Assembly (NCBI GenBank): GCA_963764175.1 | Contig: CAVXRE010000013.1 | Span: 193,768 to 257,767 of the forward strand | Direction of reading: 5' to 3' | From: an uncultured Verrucomicrobiae bacterium | GTDB lineage: Bacteria > Verrucomicrobiota > Verrucomicrobiia > Limisphaerales > UBA11358 | DNA: 64,000 nt | Part shown: positions 1 through 7,797 of the stretch, piece after piece | Layout of the letters: each line of letters begins with the position of its first letter | How positions within the stretch are numbered: the stretch's first letter is position 1 | Position numbers and translations under genes: made by a program | The notes under the pieces: model-generated | What the model saw: only the letters and a program-made list of their open reading frames with translations | Databases searched by the model: none | What the model was told of the DNA's origin: nothing

Positions 1-111
1 AGGCGTAAGCGTGACCGTCAATAATCAGCAACCGATCCACAAATTCTTCCGGGAGTTCACATCCGACCCGCCGGTTCATTCAGTCCCCGCCACCCGACGA
101 CTGCGTGCCGG

Positions 112-756
112 TCATTTCGTCATCGTCGCCGGGCCGGGTTGAAAGGTCTGGCCTTCGACCGCGGGCTGCGGCGGGATTGCATTTTGCGCAAACGGCAATT
201 CGTCATCCGAATGCACGCGGTTGCCGGCCGGGTCCACGATGGTGGCCGTGACAAAAATCATCAGATTCTTCTTGGTGGCGCTCTTGCTCTGGCTCTGAAA
301 CAGACGGCCCATCAACGGGATGTCACCCAGAACAGGCACCTTGTCCTTGGTGCTCAGAACCTGCGAGGTGATCAATCCGCCAATGACGACGGTTTGGTTG
401 TCCCAGATGTCAACGGTGGTAATGACTTGCCGGATGGTAAAATCCGGCAGGACCACCGGCAGCTGCACGACGTTCAGGCCGCTGGTGACATTGGGAATGG
501 ACGGCGGAGAGTCGTAACCATTGAAATCGGTCAGCGACGGTATCAAGGTGAGATTGATCGTGCAACCATCGGACAAAACGTAGGGAACGACGTCGAGGAT
601 GGGGCCGATTTCGACCTGTTGATAATCAACCGTGATGGCCGAAACTCCCGGCGAGAAAACGTTGTTGCCCTGGGCACGAACCATATTGACGGCGGCCAAA
701 CTGGCGCACAGCAACACCGCCAGTTTGTAAATTCCGCTTGATTTGAAAGTTTTCAT
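112..756 (-). CDS. Secretin, C-terminal portion (second ORF of a split PilQ/GspD-type secretin) with its own Sec signal peptide
   Basis: 214-aa ORF. The N-terminus MKTFKSSGIYKLAVLLCASLAAVNMVRA|QG looks like a cleavable signal peptide. The rest matches the distal part of a secretin domain (GPILDVVPYVLSDG, VVIGGL, KVPVLGDIPLMGRLF, KNLMIFVTATIV). Confidence 0.8.
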   Translation of the reverse strand: MKTFKSSGIYKLAVLLCASLAAVNMVRAQGNNVFSPGVSAITVDYQQVEIGPILDVVPYVLSDGCTINLTLIPSLTDFNGYDSPPSIPNVTSGLNVVQLPVVLPDFTIRQVITTVDIWDNQTVVIGGLITSQVLSTKDKVPVLGDIPLMGRLFQSQSKSATKKNLMIFVTATIVDPAGNRVHSDDELPFAQNAIPPQPAVEGQTFQPGPATMTK

Positions 757-776
757 ATCTTCTGGTTATTAAAAAA

Positions 777-3032
777 TTATGGAGTTGTGCCCGTTCCCCC
801 GGTCGTGGCGGCGGCCGCACCCTGCTGGAAGTTAAAGCCGGTGATGACGTTGATGATCTGTGTTGCCCGCATCTGCGTCTGTCGTCCGCTGATGGTAACC
901 ACTTCCGGTTCAGCGAGTGTTTCCACTCCGCTGCGCTGCGACAGGGCCTGAATCGCGACACGGAAGTTGGGGTCCGTCAAGATGCCCGTGACCGTTGCCA
1001 GTGTCGGAGCACCGAGGGCATTGCGAAGACCAGAGGTCAGATTTTGATCATTGGCTGAAGGTGCAATCTGGCTGATCGCCGTGTTGCCTGGGAAAGTGCC
1101 AAGCGGATTGGCGGCTGAAACCGGCACATTGAGCGAAGGGGCGCTGCCGCCGTTGGCGACGACCGTGCCATTGACGAAATTCCCCAAATACCAGTCAAAA
1201 CCAAGGGCATTCTGGTCTGTTTGTTGCACTTCGATGAACCGGGATTTGATGTGGACTTGCGGAGCCACCTGATCCAAGGCCTGGATGGCGCGTTCAATGG
1301 TGTCCAAGTCCGACAGTGTTGCCCTCACAAACAACAAACCCAAACGGTCATTAAAAAACACTGATTTGCCCGCCGGAACGTTCATATTGACTCCCAGCGT
1401 GGTGAAGAAGTTTTTGGCCGCCAAGCTGACGTCGGAGGCCAGATTGATCGTGGTGATGGAGCGCAAACCACCCTGACCGCCGGTAACACCACCTCCAGCA
1501 CCGCCCGCGCCCGTGGCACCGAGAGGATTGGCTGCGCCTTGACTGCTGCCACCGCCACCGCCGCCGCCACCGCCGCTGCCGCCTGTGTTGCGAAGACCGC
1601 CCGCGCCGGGGAACGCATTCACCACACCGATGACCGCGCCGTTATTCTGCTGACCGCCACCACCGCCGCCACCACCGCCACCACCACCGCCGCCGCTGCC
1701 ACCGCCGCTGTTGTTAACCGAGCCGAAGCTGGAAGAACTGACGCTTTCCAAGCCCGCATAAAACGTGTTTGGATCCACTTTGAATGTCCGCATGTAAAGT
1801 TGGGGGGTCTCCGCGCCTTTGCTGGAAAAGACAATGCCGTAATCCAGTATCGAGTATTTGATGGGATGATCGGCCACCATCACAATCGCATCCAGCACGT
1901 CCGCCAGGCGCACGTCGGTCAAACTCAATTTAATCACAACCTGATCTACCGGCGTTACTTCACCACCAGCGCCAGTGGCGGGCGCCTGGGCTTCCGGCAA
2001 GCCTGTGGCTGGATTCACGACCGTCGGCACGCCTGCCCCTCCGGCACCAGTCGGTGTCAATGCAGCCATCTCTGTGGAAGTGTCCGGGTTGGGATTGATC
2101 AGGAAGTTTATTCCCCTTTTTTCGGGATCGCGCAACTTGGCCTGTTCGCTTAATTGCCGGATGACTTCGCTCAAAGGAAGGCCGTCGTAAGAAACATTTT
2201 CCAGGCGGATGCGGGCAAGTTTGTTGTCAATGACGTCACGGCCGGGGCCGGTGTGGGTCAAATTGGTATCAGCATAAGGATTAGGCACCGGCAGGGGATT
2301 GCGCGGCGTTGGCTGCACCCACTGTTTTTCAACCTGCTCCATGCGCGACTGGGTGTCCACCGTATGCTGGAGAGCATTGCGGTTGTACCGCGCTTGTTTG
2401 ATCAGGTTTAAGTAATAAAAGGCGCCGATGTTGTCCGGGTCCAATTTCAGCGCTTCATCCAATTTGACCTCGGCTTCATCCAATTTGCCCATTTCGTACA
2501 GCAGCTTCCCGTCGCGCACGAGCGTGCCCGCGTCGGTTTTGTCATTCACGAGGTAGGGAACTTGTTGCAAAGTCGCCTGGTCGGGCATCTTACCCTTCAT
2601 GGCGGCAAGCATTTCATCGTTCTGTTTTTTGAAGGAGAGCGCTGCGGCGTTTTGCGGATCCACCTTCAACACCTGGATGACTTGCGTGTCTGCATCAAGA
2701 AATTTGCCCTGGCTTTGCGCCTGGCGGGCGAGCGTCAGACGGGTGGAGGCCAGTCCCGAAATGGTTTGCGCCGTCTCAACGTCGATGCCCGAACCGATGG
2801 CCTGCACCAGCCCGTAGGCTTCCTGGTAAAGCTTGGCCGCGCCGGCCAAATCTCCCCGCGCGGCGGCACTTTTGGCGTCCACCAGCTTCTGGCGCAGAAC
2901 GATGGTGTTGGCCTGCCGCAATACCGCCTCGGTGACAGCTATGTCCTGGGGGCTACTGCTCTGGGCCTGTGACGTGACGGCGGAAACCGCCAGCAAAATT
3001 AAACCGAGCGAGAGGGATACTGCCTTTCTCAT
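777..3032 (-). CDS. Secretin, N-terminal portion: signal peptide, TPR-like region, secretin N-domains with poly-Gly insert, first strands of the secretin domain
   Basis: 751-aa ORF. It has a signal peptide (LILLAVSAVTSQA), helical TPR-like repeats and N-domain-like segments (IRLENVSYDGLPLSEVIRQL; VHIKSRFIEVQQTD). The C-terminus (AIQALSQRSGVETLAEPEVVTISGRQTQM) is the typical start of a secretin domain, and the ORF stops 20 nt before the next ORF. Confidence 0.8.
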   Translation of the reverse strand: MRKAVSLSLGLILLAVSAVTSQAQSSSPQDIAVTEAVLRQANTIVLRQKLVDAKSAAARGDLAGAAKLYQEAYGLVQAIGSGIDVETAQTISGLASTRLTLARQAQSQGKFLDADTQVIQVLKVDPQNAAALSFKKQNDEMLAAMKGKMPDQATLQQVPYLVNDKTDAGTLVRDGKLLYEMGKLDEAEVKLDEALKLDPDNIGAFYYLNLIKQARYNRNALQHTVDTQSRMEQVEKQWVQPTPRNPLPVPNPYADTNLTHTGPGRDVIDNKLARIRLENVSYDGLPLSEVIRQLSEQAKLRDPEKRGINFLINPNPDTSTEMAALTPTGAGGAGVPTVVNPATGLPEAQAPATGAGGEVTPVDQVVIKLSLTDVRLADVLDAIVMVADHPIKYSILDYGIVFSSKGAETPQLYMRTFKVDPNTFYAGLESVSSSSFGSVNNSGGGSGGGGGGGGGGGGGGQQNNGAVIGVVNAFPGAGGLRNTGGSGGGGGGGGGSSQGAANPLGATGAGGAGGGVTGGQGGLRSITTINLASDVSLAAKNFFTTLGVNMNVPAGKSVFFNDRLGLLFVRATLSDLDTIERAIQALDQVAPQVHIKSRFIEVQQTDQNALGFDWYLGNFVNGTVVANGGSAPSLNVPVSAANPLGTFPGNTAISQIAPSANDQNLTSGLRNALGAPTLATVTGILTDPNFRVAIQALSQRSGVETLAEPEVVTISGRQTQMRATQIINVITGFNFQQGAAAATTGGTGTTP

Positions 3033-3087
3033 GGTATGTTTCAGGTTCGTCTTACATCAGGGCTGCACAACCGGAATGTGATAACAC

Positions 3088-3870
3088 TCAGGGCGTATAT
3101 CGCAAAGTCCATTTTTTTTGGTTTGACTGGGCAGACAATACCACTTCGTTCGAGTTGATGTCAACGATTGTGTAATCGTCCCCTGCAAACCTGAGTTGAC
3201 CGCCGATGCGCTGTTCCGACCAGCTTCTGCTTTCGGGATCATACTTCAAATCCGCCATGTAGGCGTCCACCCTGCGAAAGGGTTTGTCTTTCGACAAACT
3301 AATCGACTGGCCCGTGTCGGCGAGAACCAAAACCAGAGAATCGGGATTCTCAGGCGGGCCTTGGACCTGGACAAGGGTAAAAATATCTTTCTTGGCATCG
3401 TCCATGGAGACAAAGCGCTGCTGCTTGCGGCGCATGGCAGGATACGCCGCCGCCTGACGTTCCACGCTGATGACGTAGCGTGCGCCAAAATTCGTATCAA
3501 CTGAATCCAAGGTCAGCTCCGTATAAAGCGGCGTGATGCCGGTGACGACAGCGGCTTGCGGGCCCGTTCCGGTCGCTTTGATCATTATGTTGTCCATCGT
3601 CCTCTGCCATTCAACCGGATTGAACAGTTTGTTCGTGGTGTCCAAATCCAGGTCGTAGGGCGATTGCAAGCGTTCGACGACGTTGCTTTGCTCCGTCAAG
3701 TCAAGATTTGTCAGTGCCACGACATGGCCGCTGATAATGCCCTCGCCGATTTCCCTGACCTTTTCCTGCTCGTTGGGAATGACGAACGCCATGAACACGA
3801 GTGCCCCGACCAAGCCCACCAATACAACGCTGAGCAGGATTTTCTCGTAGTTTTTCTTGATGAAATCCAT
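3088..3870 (-). CDS. Pilus-locus membrane protein, single N-terminal TM helix, function unknown (Amuc_1099-like position)
   Basis: 260-aa ORF tightly packed between the secretin and the Amuc_1100-like gene. It has an N-terminal TM (ILLSVVLVGLVGALVFMAFVI) and no catalytic motifs that I recognise. Confidence 0.6.
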   Translation of the reverse strand: MDFIKKNYEKILLSVVLVGLVGALVFMAFVIPNEQEKVREIGEGIISGHVVALTNLDLTEQSNVVERLQSPYDLDLDTTNKLFNPVEWQRTMDNIMIKATGTGPQAAVVTGITPLYTELTLDSVDTNFGARYVISVERQAAAYPAMRRKQQRFVSMDDAKKDIFTLVQVQGPPENPDSLVLVLADTGQSISLSKDKPFRRVDAYMADLKYDPESRSWSEQRIGGQLRFAGDDYTIVDINSNEVVLSAQSNQKKWTLRYTP

Positions 3871-3874
3871 GCGT

Positions 3875-4810
3875 TTAGTTTTTCGGCAACATTTTCACAA
3901 TCACAACCTCAATGGTTACGCTCAACAACTGTTCCTGCAACACCGTCTGCAACCCGCCCCTGCCGGGCATTGCCCCCGCCACGGGAGCGGGTGGAGGCGG
4001 CGGCATTCCCCTGCCCCTGCCCCTGCCTCCTCCCATGTCCGGCGAGACTTCCATCGGCACCGCTCCTGCCGGCTGGACGCTGATGTTTTTGACGATGAAT
4101 CCGTATGGCGACGAGGCAAAACCGGCGAGCGTCTTCGCTATTTCCGGTCCGAAGGCGCGGAATGTAATCGTGTAAGGTGTCAGCGCCGTCTGCCCGTTGG
4201 TCACGGAATTGTCGGCGAGATAATCCGTTTGCGGCCCGCTCAAGTCATCATCCGACACGCGGACGCGCTGGATGCCGTCCAACTGGTTGACGCCCGCCGC
4301 GAAAAGAATTTCCGAAATGGTTTCCACCTCGCCGAGTTGCACCGCCAGCGCGCCCAGGCTGCCGGGCGCGAATTTCACCCGCGAGCGCTGCGCTTCAAAC
4401 GAAAAGCTGTATTGGGGAAGGACACCAACGTTTGCATTTGTCGCATCGCGCTGCAACTGGTCAATCGTCCGGTGCAGCGCGTCCGCAAATGATTCGTTCG
4501 AAATCGGGCCGTTGGTCGGATTGGGAATTGGCGTAATCGGCTGGAAATAATTTTGCGCCTGGTTGATCCAGTCGCGGACCCGGGCCTCCTGCTGTTTGGC
4601 GGCTTCGATGTTGTTGACCTTGTCGTTGCCCGGTGAAGGGTGCTGGTTGGCCAGTTCCCGCAACGTGCTGTAAACCTCGTTCAATTTGTCAAACGCCACC
4701 GAGTTGTCCTTCCAGCTTATGTAATCGTAAAAGCCCGCCGCGCCGAGCATTCCCAGGGCCAGGACGCCGCCAATCACAAACAACAGGTTTCGCTTGATCC
4801 AAATCATCAT
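3875..4810 (-). CDS. Amuc_1100-like pilus-associated membrane protein (PilO-like slot)
   Basis: The ORF track extends to 4918. I prefer the ATG at 4810 (MMIWIKRNLLFVIGGVLALGML), 1 nt after the pilM stop. Architecture: TM anchor, helical region, C-terminal domain followed by a Gly/Arg/Pro-rich stretch (GGGRGRGRGMPPPPPAP). This is the architecture I recall for Akkermansia Amuc_1100. Needs BLAST. Confidence 0.55.
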   Translation of the reverse strand: MMIWIKRNLLFVIGGVLALGMLGAAGFYDYISWKDNSVAFDKLNEVYSTLRELANQHPSPGNDKVNNIEAAKQQEARVRDWINQAQNYFQPITPIPNPTNGPISNESFADALHRTIDQLQRDATNANVGVLPQYSFSFEAQRSRVKFAPGSLGALAVQLGEVETISEILFAAGVNQLDGIQRVRVSDDDLSGPQTDYLADNSVTNGQTALTPYTITFRAFGPEIAKTLAGFASSPYGFIVKNISVQPAGAVPMEVSPDMGGGRGRGRGMPPPPPAPVAGAMPGRGGLQTVLQEQLLSVTIEVVIVKMLPKN

Positions 4811-4811
4811 A

Positions 4812-6572
4812 TTACAATTGCAGTGGATTTTGCGGCGCGACAATGATGCTGAATGTGAAGGTGCTGTTGGCGTCCACCGGCGAGATTTGAGCGGAAGACT
4901 GCACCGACTTGGGATCAAAAACCGGGCTGGCTTTTAATTCACGCTCGACGGCGTAAACAACTTCATTGTTTGCCGCGGAATCAATGCCCGACAAATCCAC
5001 CGCGCGGCAAATCAAGGTGATGGGCTGGGCCGCGCCAGACGCTGCTCCGTTGTCGCTGGGATTCGATGTGAACGTTGCGTTGCCGCCCGGATTCGGCTTC
5101 GTCGTCATTTGTTCGATCCAAACACCGGCATCCATTTTCGGATTTTGCGCGACATACTTTTTCTTGACGTCGGCCTCGGCCCGGATGAGAGCGCGACGCA
5201 GTTCGGCCAGCACGTCACCCCAATAATACCTCTCTTCCATCCATGTCGTGGTTTGCTTCGCCTCGTTGCGGGTCGCCAGGAGTTTTGAATAGGCACTCCT
5301 GAACTGGTCCGTCCTTGCTTGCAACTGTCGCACCTTCGGCTCCAGGTTTGCAATTTCGTTCTGTTTGGACCCCGCCAATTGTTGGAACAAAAATCCCACC
5401 GCGAATGCCACCCCCACCAGACTCAGCACCGTGCAAAAGAAATAGGGCTTCTTTTCGTTGAACGCCCGCCAGCGCAACGTGCTCTCCGGCATCAAATTCA
5501 TTTCCACCGGACAATGCGCCAGGTTCCGCAAGCCCAGGCCCACGACTTCGCCGAGTGAATGCGCCACGCGCGCGAGCTCCTCCAGGTTCACCGACGGATC
5601 AATTTGCACGTTGCGGAAGGGATTGAAGTATTCGACCGGCACGTTCAGTTTCTCCGCAAAAAACTGCGCCGTGTAAGGCATGATGGACGCGCCGCCGGAC
5701 AGGAACAGGCGCTGCGGCGCCGACCCGGCTTGCTGCCCCCGGTAAAACTGTATCGTCTGGTTGACCTGGATGTGCAGCTTGGTCATGAACTGCCGCGCGA
5801 TTTTTGAAATGGCCGCCTGATTCGGATTTTCCGGCTCCTCATACGCGCCGCCCAGGCTCACAAAGCCCTCGGCGACCTTGATTTGCTCGGCGACGCCAAA
5901 CTTCAACTTGGCCTCGTTCGCAAAATCCTGCGTGATGGCATTGGCCCCCAGATTGATGCTGCGGGAAAAAACCTTTCCTTTTTCGAAGAACAACAGGTTG
6001 CTCGTCTTGGCGCCGATGTCCAACAGCATCGTGCAATCCTCCAGGTCGCCGTAGTTGTAACGGAAGGCGTTGCAAAGCGCCGCCGGCGAGGCGTCGCAAA
6101 GGTTCAGCCGCAGCTTGGCCTGCTCGGCCACACGGAACAAGCCCTCAACCACGTCGGACTTGATGGCCACCAGCAGCACTTCAAGCTCGCCGCTGGGCGC
6201 CGAGCCGAGAATCTGATAATCCCACACCACCTCTGCCAGCGGGAACGGCACGTTTTGCTGCGCCTCGTACTGGATGATTTGCGTCACCTTGCCCGCGTCC
6301 ACCGGCGGCAGTTTGACAAATTTGGAAAACACATGGAAGCCCGGCGCGCAAACGTTGGTGTTTTTGGACTGGAAGTTTTTTTCAACCAGCACTTCCTGAA
6401 GCGCCTTGAGAATGGTTGCTTCGCGGGTGGTTTCCTGCGCGCCTTCGGGGCCGAGCGGCTTGATGGCAAAGCCTTTGAGACGCAATCCACCGGCTTCGTT
6501 GACTTCAAACTCGCCGAGCTTAAGGCTGCCCGCCCCAAAATCAATCGCCAGGAATGATTTGATATTAAGCAT
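4812..6572 (-). CDS. pilM: Type IV pilus assembly protein PilM (actin/FtsA-like ATPase fold) fused to a PilN-like TM/coiled-coil tail
   Basis: 586 aa. N-terminal actin-like motifs (AIDFGAGSLKLG, LLDIGAKTSNL, LSGGAS) are followed by a TM helix (YFFCTVLSLVGVAFAVGFLF) and a periplasmic tail. Confidence 0.8.
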   Translation of the reverse strand: MLNIKSFLAIDFGAGSLKLGEFEVNEAGGLRLKGFAIKPLGPEGAQETTREATILKALQEVLVEKNFQSKNTNVCAPGFHVFSKFVKLPPVDAGKVTQIIQYEAQQNVPFPLAEVVWDYQILGSAPSGELEVLLVAIKSDVVEGLFRVAEQAKLRLNLCDASPAALCNAFRYNYGDLEDCTMLLDIGAKTSNLLFFEKGKVFSRSINLGANAITQDFANEAKLKFGVAEQIKVAEGFVSLGGAYEEPENPNQAAISKIARQFMTKLHIQVNQTIQFYRGQQAGSAPQRLFLSGGASIMPYTAQFFAEKLNVPVEYFNPFRNVQIDPSVNLEELARVAHSLGEVVGLGLRNLAHCPVEMNLMPESTLRWRAFNEKKPYFFCTVLSLVGVAFAVGFLFQQLAGSKQNEIANLEPKVRQLQARTDQFRSAYSKLLATRNEAKQTTTWMEERYYWGDVLAELRRALIRAEADVKKKYVAQNPKMDAGVWIEQMTTKPNPGGNATFTSNPSDNGAASGAAQPITLICRAVDLSGIDSAANNEVVYAVERELKASPVFDPKSVQSSAQISPVDANSTFTFSIIVAPQNPLQL

Positions 6573-6756
6573 TGTTGCTTGCTTCGTTTGCCACCGCGGA
6601 ACGCCCGCACTTTCGCAGTTTTTGTTGTGGCAGCCCGTGCTGATTACGCCAATTTATTCCACCGGTCAAACCAAATCGTTTAAAAAATGCTCCGCCAAGC
6701 CGGCTAATAAAACATTGCACATGGCTTCCGGTTGTGGCTTTATCCCCGTGGCAGGC

Positions 6757-7035
6757 ATGAACCGTTGCCGCATGAAAATTCTTTATTCCGGTCACGTGCA
6801 GGGTGTTGGTTTTCGTTATACCGCGAAAACCGCCGCCGCCGGCTTTGAAGTTGCCGGTGGTGTGCGCAACCTGCCCGACGGGCGGGTCGAATTGACCGCC
6901 GAGGGTGCGCGCGAGGAACTCGAGGCGTTCCGCCAGGCCATTCGTGGCGCGGGACTTGCTGGTTTCATCCGCGACGAAAACGTCACGTGGAGCGAAGCGC
7001 AAAATGATTTTCATGGATTTGAGATTGTTCACTAA
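6757..7035 (+). CDS. acyP: Acylphosphatase
   Basis: Only the C-terminal ~90 aa of ORF 6406..7035 look real: (MNRCR)MKILYSGHVQGVGFRY...GFEVAGGVRNLPDGRVE is the canonical acylphosphatase signature. Alternative ATG at 6772. Confidence 0.85.
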   Translation: MNRCRMKILYSGHVQGVGFRYTAKTAAAGFEVAGGVRNLPDGRVELTAEGAREELEAFRQAIRGAGLAGFIRDENVTWSEAQNDFHGFEIVH

Positions 7036-7038
7036 AGA

Positions 7039-7761
7039 ATGAAATACGCCATCATCGCTGACATCCACGGCAATCTGGAAGCGTTCCAAACCGTTTTGGC
7101 CGACATCAAAACCCAGAATGCCACGCAAATCGTCTGCCTCGGCGATGTCGTCGGCTACAACGCCAATCCCAAGGAATGCCTCAAGATTGTCCGCGATCTG
7201 AATGTCCCCTGCGTGAAGGGAAATCACGACGAATATTGCTCCACCGAAGACCGCCTCGAAGGTTTTAATCCCCATGCCGCCGACGCCGTCCACTGGACAC
7301 GCGCGCAACTGAGCGCGGAAGAAAAGCAATGGTTGCGTGACCTGAAATATACCCGCATGGTTGCCAACTTCAGCATCGTCCACGCCACGCTCGACGCGCC
7401 GCAACGCTGGGGTTACGTTTTCGACAAGCTCGCCGCCGCCGCCAGTTTCCCGTATCAAAACACACAGGTCTGCTTTTTCGGCCATACGCACGTGCCCGTC
7501 GCCTTCATGCGCGACACCGTTGTGCGCGGCGGCACCTATTCCAAATTTAAAATCGACCCCGCCAAAAAATATTTCATCAACGTTGGCGCCGTCGGCCAGC
7601 CCCGCGACAACAATCCCAAAGCCGCCTACGTGGTTTACGACATGGAGGCCGGCACCATCGAGTTGCGCAGGCTGGATTACGACATCGCCGCCGCCCAGAA
7701 AAAAATCCTCGCCGCCGGCCTCCCCGAACGCCTCGCCGAACGTCTCGAGTTCGGAAGGTAA
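7039..7761 (+). CDS. Metallophosphoesterase (calcineurin-like, YfcE/MJ0936 type)
   Basis: 240 aa with DIHGN, GDVVGY, GNHD and GHTH metal-binding motifs in canonical order. Confidence 0.85.
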   Translation: MKYAIIADIHGNLEAFQTVLADIKTQNATQIVCLGDVVGYNANPKECLKIVRDLNVPCVKGNHDEYCSTEDRLEGFNPHAADAVHWTRAQLSAEEKQWLRDLKYTRMVANFSIVHATLDAPQRWGYVFDKLAAAASFPYQNTQVCFFGHTHVPVAFMRDTVVRGGTYSKFKIDPAKKYFINVGAVGQPRDNNPKAAYVVYDMEAGTIELRRLDYDIAAAQKKILAAGLPERLAERLEFGR

Positions 7762-7797
7762 ACCCGGTCCGCCAGACACCGGCGGGGCGGAGTTCGC

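Noticed and set aside
1467-1709. GGN codon repeats as a DNA-level tandem repeat element or assembly artefact
   Set aside because: The frame is maintained and both flanks belong to the same secretin N-domain. I treat it as a coding low-complexity insert, although length errors cannot be excluded without reads.
4811-4918. 36-codon N-terminal extension of the Amuc_1100-like ORF
   Set aside because: It overlaps the pilM 3' end, is Arg/Ser/Cys-rich and precedes a far more plausible ATG-ATG start followed by a TM helix.
6565-7779. 404-aa minus-strand ORF covering the acyP and phosphoesterase genes
   Set aside because: It is a shadow ORF typical of high-GC DNA. It is Gly/Ala/Val-rich with no motifs, whereas the plus-strand genes carry canonical acylphosphatase and metallophosphoesterase signatures.
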